From: Malacoraja senta
Lineage: Eukaryota
Direction: 5' to 3'
Assembly (NCBI GenBank): GCA_038087875.1
Contig: JAXLNO010000385.1
Span: forward strand, 496,001 to 560,000
Length of the DNA stretch: 64,000 bases
Shown here: positions 57,578-64,000 of the stretch, piece by piece
How positions within the stretch are numbered: the first letter of the stretch is position 1
How the letters are laid out: the number at the start of each line of letters is the position of its first letter
The notes under the pieces: generated by a model
Seen by the model: the letters and a program-made list of their open reading frames with translations, nothing else
Databases searched by the model: none
Told to the model about the DNA's origin: nothing
Position numbers and translations under genes: made by a program

Positions 57578-59140
57578 AGCTGGAAGACACAATTAACTCC
57601 TGTGGCTCCGTCAGTCCGTCATCGCTGTAGCTCTGTGGCGATACGTTCTGGTGGGCACCGAGATATATAGAGCGATAGATGGGTCTCCAGCGACATGACC
57701 TCATACCTTCTGATTGACATTAGTGACACTCACGGAACAAACACCTTGCGCCACAGCCATTGACTCCACCATGGGAGATGACAAGCGAATAATTTAAGGA
57801 TCGAGTAAAAAACACACGAAGCGAGTCGTTGAAAACAGAGCCTGAAGAATGGTCACTATCCGAAACGTCACCTGTACCACGTTCTCCAAAATTGTTGCCT
57901 GACCCTCTGTTACACCAGCACTTTGTGTATTTTCACTGAAAACAAGGAATTTATGCTTTCCAATGAAAGAATGGTCCATGACACTGTGTTATTTCATTTA
58001 ATGTTGGTGTGATTTCGATGGCCATCTTCAGTGAACCCATCTACCATTCCACTTTTGTTTTTTCCCCAAAAATAAATCATAATTCATACCATGACATCAC
58101 TGATATTGCAAGGGATGCTGAAATATTCATAGAAGCATAGAAACATGGGCAATAGGTGCAGGAGGATGTCATCCGGCCCTTCGAGCCAGCACCGCCATTC
58201 ATTGTGATCATGGCTGATCGTCCCCAATCACTAACCCGTGCCTGCCTTCTCCCCATATCCCTTGATTCCACTAGCCCCTAGAGCTCTATTTAACTCTCTT
58301 TTAAATCCAATCCAGTCATTTGGCCCCCACTGCCCTCTGTGGCAGAGAATTCCACAAATTGACAACTCCCTGGGTGAGAAAGTTTTTTCCCAACTATGTC
58401 TTAAATGACCTCCCCTTTATTCTGAGACTGTGGCCCCTGGTTCTGGACTCGCCCAACATTGGGAACATTTTTTCCTGCATCCAGCTTGTCCAGTCCTTTT
58501 ATAATTTTATATGTTTCTATAACCATATAACCATATAAGCATATAACAATTACAGCACGGAAACAGGCCATCTCGCCCCTTCTAGTCCGTGCCGAACACT
58601 TACTCACACATAGTCCCATCTATCTGCACTCAGACCATAACCCTCCATTCCTTTCCCGTCAATATACCTATCCATTTATTTTTACATGATAAAATCGAAC
58701 CTGCCTCCACCACTTCCACTGTAAGCTCATTCCACACAGCTACCACTCTCTGAGTAAAGAAGTCCCCCTCATGTTACCCCTAAACTTCTGTCCCTTAATT
58801 CTCAAATCAGGTCATCTTGTTTGAATCTTCCCTTCTCTCAATGGAAAAAAGCTTATCCACGTCAACTCTGTCTATCCCTCTCATAATTTCAAAGACGTCT
58901 ATCAAGTCCCCCCTTAAACTTCTGCGCTCCCAAGTATAAAGACCTAACTTGTTCAACCTTTCTCTGCAACTTAGATGCTGAAACCCAAGCAGCATTCTAG
59001 TAAATCTCCTCTGTACTCTCTCTATTTTGTTGTCATCTTTCCTATAATTAGGCGACCGAAATTGTACACCAAACTCCAGAATTGGCCTCACCAATCCCTT
59101 GTACAATTTTAACATTACATCCCAACTTCTATACTCAATG

Positions 59141-59260
<120 letters not shown>

Positions 59261-59261
59261 G

Positions 59262-59312
<51 letters not shown>

Positions 59313-59375
59313 CTCTATCTATCTATCTATCCATCTATCTATCTATCTATCTATCTATCTATGTATCTATCTATG

Positions 59376-59497
<122 letters not shown>

Positions 59498-59564
59498 ATC
59501 CATCCACCATCCATCCACCCATCCATCCATCCATCCATCCATCCATCCATCCATCCATCCATCC

Positions 59565-59614
<50 letters not shown>

Positions 59615-59616
59615 GA

Positions 59617-59757
<141 letters not shown>

Positions 59758-61744
59758 GCCATCTATCCGTAATCTATCTTCTATCTATCTTCGATACTTA
59801 ACTAAAACTCATCTTGTCCTCTTCCGGATTGCGCTGTATTTATATTTGCGCAAAGACGGTCCCCGATAGCGCTACGATTCCACCCCTCCCCGCCTCGCTC
59901 GCCGTACCCCTGTGCTACAAGCGCAGTAATGTTTCTTCCGACCGGTGGAATATTACACAAGTTACGAAGGTTTAAAAATCGTAAGATCATCAGATTGGTC
60001 TTCTCTCCTGTCAGTCGACCAAGCCCCTTCCGGCACCCGCTGTCAATCACCGGGGCGAGGAGAATAAAGCAACGGAGGCCGGGCTGAGTCCGTGGGCCGC
60101 CGTGAGCCGCGCGGCCGTCCCGAATCCGTCCCGAATGCGTCCTTCCGCCGTCCTGCCCCGCCCCGTAGCCGCCCCGAAGTCAGTGAGCCCGAAGACGTCC
60201 CGAACACGTCCCGAAGCCGTCCCGAAGTCGGTGAGGCCGGAGCCGTCCCGAAGCCGGTGAGCCCCGAAGCCGCCCCAAAGCCGTCCCGAAGCCGTCCCGA
60301 AGTCGGTGAGGCCGGAGCCGTCCCGAAGCCGGTGAGCCCCGCAGCCCCCTAGATGCCTAGGAGCCGCCCCGAGTCTGGGAATTCCGGAGGCGGCCCGGAG
60401 CCTGGCCGACTGCTGCAACCTCGAGATGCTGCGGAAGTAAGGAGTGAGTGTGGGGGGATTGAGGGAGCCTGGCGCTGGCGGGGGCCGGGCGCTGGCCGGG
60501 GCACATCACCGCCTCACACACACCACACATTCCCTCCCCTCGCACACCCCCCTCCCCAAACGTAGGCCACGGCAGCGCCCCCCCCGGCCCCCACCTGAAG
60601 CCGTCACCCTCCCCGTCCCCAGCTGCACGACTTGCCCAAGAAAAGTCCATTCGGACCACAATGCCTGTACTAGCCCTCCGGAAACCAGTCCCTTCGACCC
60701 ACAACACCTATACCAGCCCTCCAGAACCCCCCCACTCTGGCCCCCGCCTGAAGCCATTCCCCTCCCCCGGCTGCCGGACGCTCTCCCCCCCACTGTTCAC
60801 CGACAGCCCCTGCCTGAAGCCGTCTCCCTCCCCGGGTATATGGCGCTGCCGCCCCCTCAACTCCAGCCCCCGCCTGAAGCCGTTCCCCACCCACGGCTGT
60901 AGGACGCTCCACCCCGCCCGACAGTCCCCTCCTGAAGACGTCCCCTTCCCCTTCTGCCGGCGCCCCATCCCGCCCCCCTCCCCGGGCTGCGGGTCGCTCG
61001 ACCCACCACCACCAACGTCCCCGACATCCTCCGCCTGAAGCTGCTCCGCTCCCCGGCTGTAGGAAGCTCACACTGGCCCCCAAAGGCCCACCTGAAGCTG
61101 TCCCCCTCCCCAAGCTGCAGGATGGTCGCCCCCCCCCTACAGGCCCCGACAACCCCCGCCTGAAGCTGTCCGTGTCCCCCTGCTTCAAGACCACCCCTGC
61201 CAACCGGTCGCGACAAACCTCGCCTGAAGCCGTCCACGTCCCCGTGCTGCAAGATACTCCCCCCCAACCGGCCACGACAGCCCCCGCCTGAAGCCGTCCC
61301 CCCCTCCCGGCTGCCGGACGCTCCCCTCTCCTCCACCGGCTCCGACAGCACCCGTCTGAAGCCCTACCCCCACCCAACTGCCCCAGACAGCCGCCGCCTG
61401 AAGACGTGACCCTCCCCAGCTGTTGGATGCTCCCACCCGTTAGCCCACTCCTGAAGCCGTCCCAATCCCCCGGCTGCAGGTAGCTCGCACCCCCTCAAAC
61501 CGGCCCCTGACAGCCCCCGACTGAAGCCGTCCTCGTCCCCTGTTACAGGACGCTCCCGCTGCCCCACAACTGAAGCTGTCCCATTCCTCCAGTTACAGGA
61601 CGCTCCCGCTGCCCCACAACTGAAGCTGTCCCATTCCTCCAGTTACAGGAAGCTCCCAACAGCCCCCGCCTGAAGCCGTCCCCGTCCCCAGATGCAGGAC
61701 ACTTCTCCACTCCACCCCCACCGGCCCCCGCCTGGCAGCGCTAC

Positions 61745-62053
61745 ATAGCTTCAATTGCAGCCGAATATGCGATTGACAGAGGGAGAAGGCGACTATTCTC
61801 ATTTGTGTTGAAAGTTGGAGAAGACGAGATTTGAAAGAATGAAGACGATGAAATTGTAATGCCAGAAGACATGGTTCTATCAGCAAAAACATTGTATTGA
61901 TTTCATCTATCCCGCATTTGACAATCCTGTAGAATTATTCTCCGACAATTGTATCTTGGTTCCGCACAACGATACGATGAGAAGCATCAATTCTCCATGT
62001 ATCAGATGCTTCCCTGGAATTATTATGGAGTACTTTTCAATCAATGATGTCAC
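61745..62053 (+). pseudogene. Third (partial) Helitron helicase remnant
   Basis: Reverse complement of ~16210-16517. Confidence 0.8.
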
Positions 62054-62054
62054 C

Positions 62055-63240
62055 CGATTGTGACGTCATCAGCGAAAGGCAGTCGTTTTAAAATTCAAGG
62101 TCATATTGTTAAACATTTGCAGTAATAACTCGAGAAATAAAGCGTGACATTTTCAGATACGTAGATTTTGGGCTCCATGTGAAAAATATCTACCGGAATA
62201 TGTAAAAAAATTACCGTTTCTGCGTCGGTTTTTCGCGACGATGTGATTATACACAAACCTATCTCCCCCCCCACTCTCTCCCACTCTCTCCCCCTACTCC
62301 CTCCCCCCTCTTTCCCCCCGCTCAACCCCCCTTTCTTCCACCCCCCGCTCAACCCCCCTTTCTTCTCCCCCTCTCCCTCCCCTCTCTCCCCGCTCATTGG
62401 ACCTGCAGTGAATCCATTCAAATGCATATGCAGCTGGGAACCGCACGGACGCAAAGAGAGGGAAACACAAGCCTGAAATCTAGTGCGATTTAGATCCACA
62501 AGGAAATAAAAAAAGAGGGGGTAGAGAGGGGGGCGAGAGTGGGGGGATAGAGGGGGGGGGTTAGAGGGGGAGAGCGATGAGTGGGGGGAGAGGGAGGGGG
62601 AGGGGTGGAGGGGTTGAGCGGGGGAGGGGTGGGAGAGATGGTGGGTGGAAGAGAGGCCGGGGGTGAGAGAGGCCGAGGCAGAGAGGAGGCGGGAGAGGAG
62701 GGAGAGAGGAATGAGAGGGGGGAGAAGCGGGAGGGGGAAGGGGGAGCGAGGGGAGAAGGGGGAGGGGGAGACAGATGGAAGTGAGGTGGGGGTGGAAGAG
62801 AGGGCGGTGGTAGGGAAGCCAAGGGCAGAGAGGCCAGGGGGAGAGAGGCCTGGTGGAGAGAAGCCGAGGGGGAGAGAGTCTTCAGTCCACAGCCCAACTT
62901 CATCTCCTGTGGCGTCTTTTAAATAACGGTAGGATGAGGGAAGGGTCGTGGTGGGGACGTCACTCGCAGCGCCCCGGCATGCAGACCCATTGTGAGGTCT
63001 TCAGCGAAAGGCATTCTTTTTTCAATTCAAAGTTTTGTCAGATTTTTGAACATTTTCAGTAATAACTCGAGAAATAAAGCATGAAATGTTCAGTTAAGGC
63101 GATTTCGGACTCCATGGGAAAAATGTCTATCGGAATATGTTAAAATGTTACCGTTGGAGCATCGTTTTATCGGGAAGATGTGATGTACACAAACAAACAC
63201 ACATAATCAATACACATACAAGATCAGTCTTTTAATAGGT
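62055..63240 (-). mobile_element. Helitron-like non-autonomous sequence of the 12071 family
   Basis: Minus strand from ~63240 reads ACCTATTAAAAGACTGATCTTG...TGCCTTTCGCTGA, matching 12071-12540; the motif is repeated at ~62055-62260. Confidence 0.6.
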
Positions 63241-63241
63241 A

Positions 63242-64000
63242 TCTATATTACTAAAACTAAGATCCTGACCGCTTTCTGACTTTCTGTTTCGTGATTTCGG
63301 TGGAACGCCCCCACCTACGGCCGTCATTTTTGGCCACCTCGCTCAGTGCCCCCCTCCACCGGAGGATTTTTTCCATCGATCAAAGATCTGAGAGTTATTA
63401 ATGTTTTAAAAATTGTCGCCATTCTCTCTGCTGCCCCCGCTGTCGGCAGGGGGAGGGACTATGAAACCCGGAAGTGTCGAGGAAGCGGGAGGGACAAGGC
63501 TCTCTGAGCTGCGAATAACACTGAACGCACGTCTACTCGACGGCGAGTCCTTCGATGTGGTTGTAAAGTGTTTGCCAAATTGGCTTGGCTTTTAAAGACT
63601 TTTCAGAAAATGTGTTGGTCGTTTGCAAATTGTTTTCCAAATTGGCTTGGCTTTTAAAGACTTTTCAGAAAATGTGTTGGCTGTTTGAAAAGTGTTTGCC
63701 AAATTGGCTTGGCTTTTAAAGACTTTTCAGAAAATGTGTTGGACGTTTGCAAAGTGTTTGCCAAATTGGCTTGGCTTTTAAACACTTTTCAGAAAATGTG
63801 TTGGCTGTTTGCAAAGTGTTTGCCAAATTGGCTTGGCTTTTAAAGATTTTTTCAGAAAATGTGTTGGCTGTTTGCAAAGTGTTTGCCAAATTGGCTTGGC
63901 TTATTAAATCGTTGCAACAGTTTTCGGATGGATAAAGCGCGAATAAACATTTTATTATATCAGGACTGTGTTTAATTGCAAAATTTGCGCTCATTGCGTG
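63242..64000 (+). mobile_element. Helitron-like element 5' end, running off the window
   Basis: A|TCTATATTACTAAAACT start, resembling the 2542 head. Confidence 0.55.
63565..63905. repeat. 62-bp tandem repeat, ~5.5 copies
   Basis: CCAAATTGGC recurs at 63575, 63637, 63699, 63761, 63823 and 63886. Confidence 0.95.

Overview
Eukaryotic, repeat-dominated DNA, very probably from a skate, ray or shark (HE1-type V-SINE, HER1/CR1 LINE fragments, Penelope-like remnants), with a 200-N assembly gap at 35730-35929. The only host genes are two convergent copies of a two-exon GPR139/GPR142-like class A GPCR (+ strand 20206-20275 + 21772-22676; - strand 57577-57508 + 56020-55116). They sit in the arms of a ~7 kb inverted duplication (~16210-23353 vs ~54439-62053). 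By hand alignment exon 1 is identical and the ~1.5 kb intron differs at only about 8 positions. Exon 2 differs at 18 amino acids versus 3 purely synonymous codons, and 14 of the 18 lie on the extracellular, ligand-facing side. This is the most interesting signal in the window: a possible ligand-diversifying orphan receptor family. The rest is mobile DNA: a decayed, apparently mosaic ERV (42128-51775) with LTRs, PBS-Pro, a 4-bp TSD, an env TM segment with ISD and a local empty-site paralog; a young 5'-truncated L1 with a fully open RT frame and 14-bp TSD inside it; an older L1 interrupted by an L2-like LINE; many Helitron remnants tied to (TCTA)n/(GATA)n arrays; a 3.15-kb tandem triplication; and a composite 23-bp/43-bp higher-order satellite. 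All counts are manual and family names come from motif recognition, not database searches.
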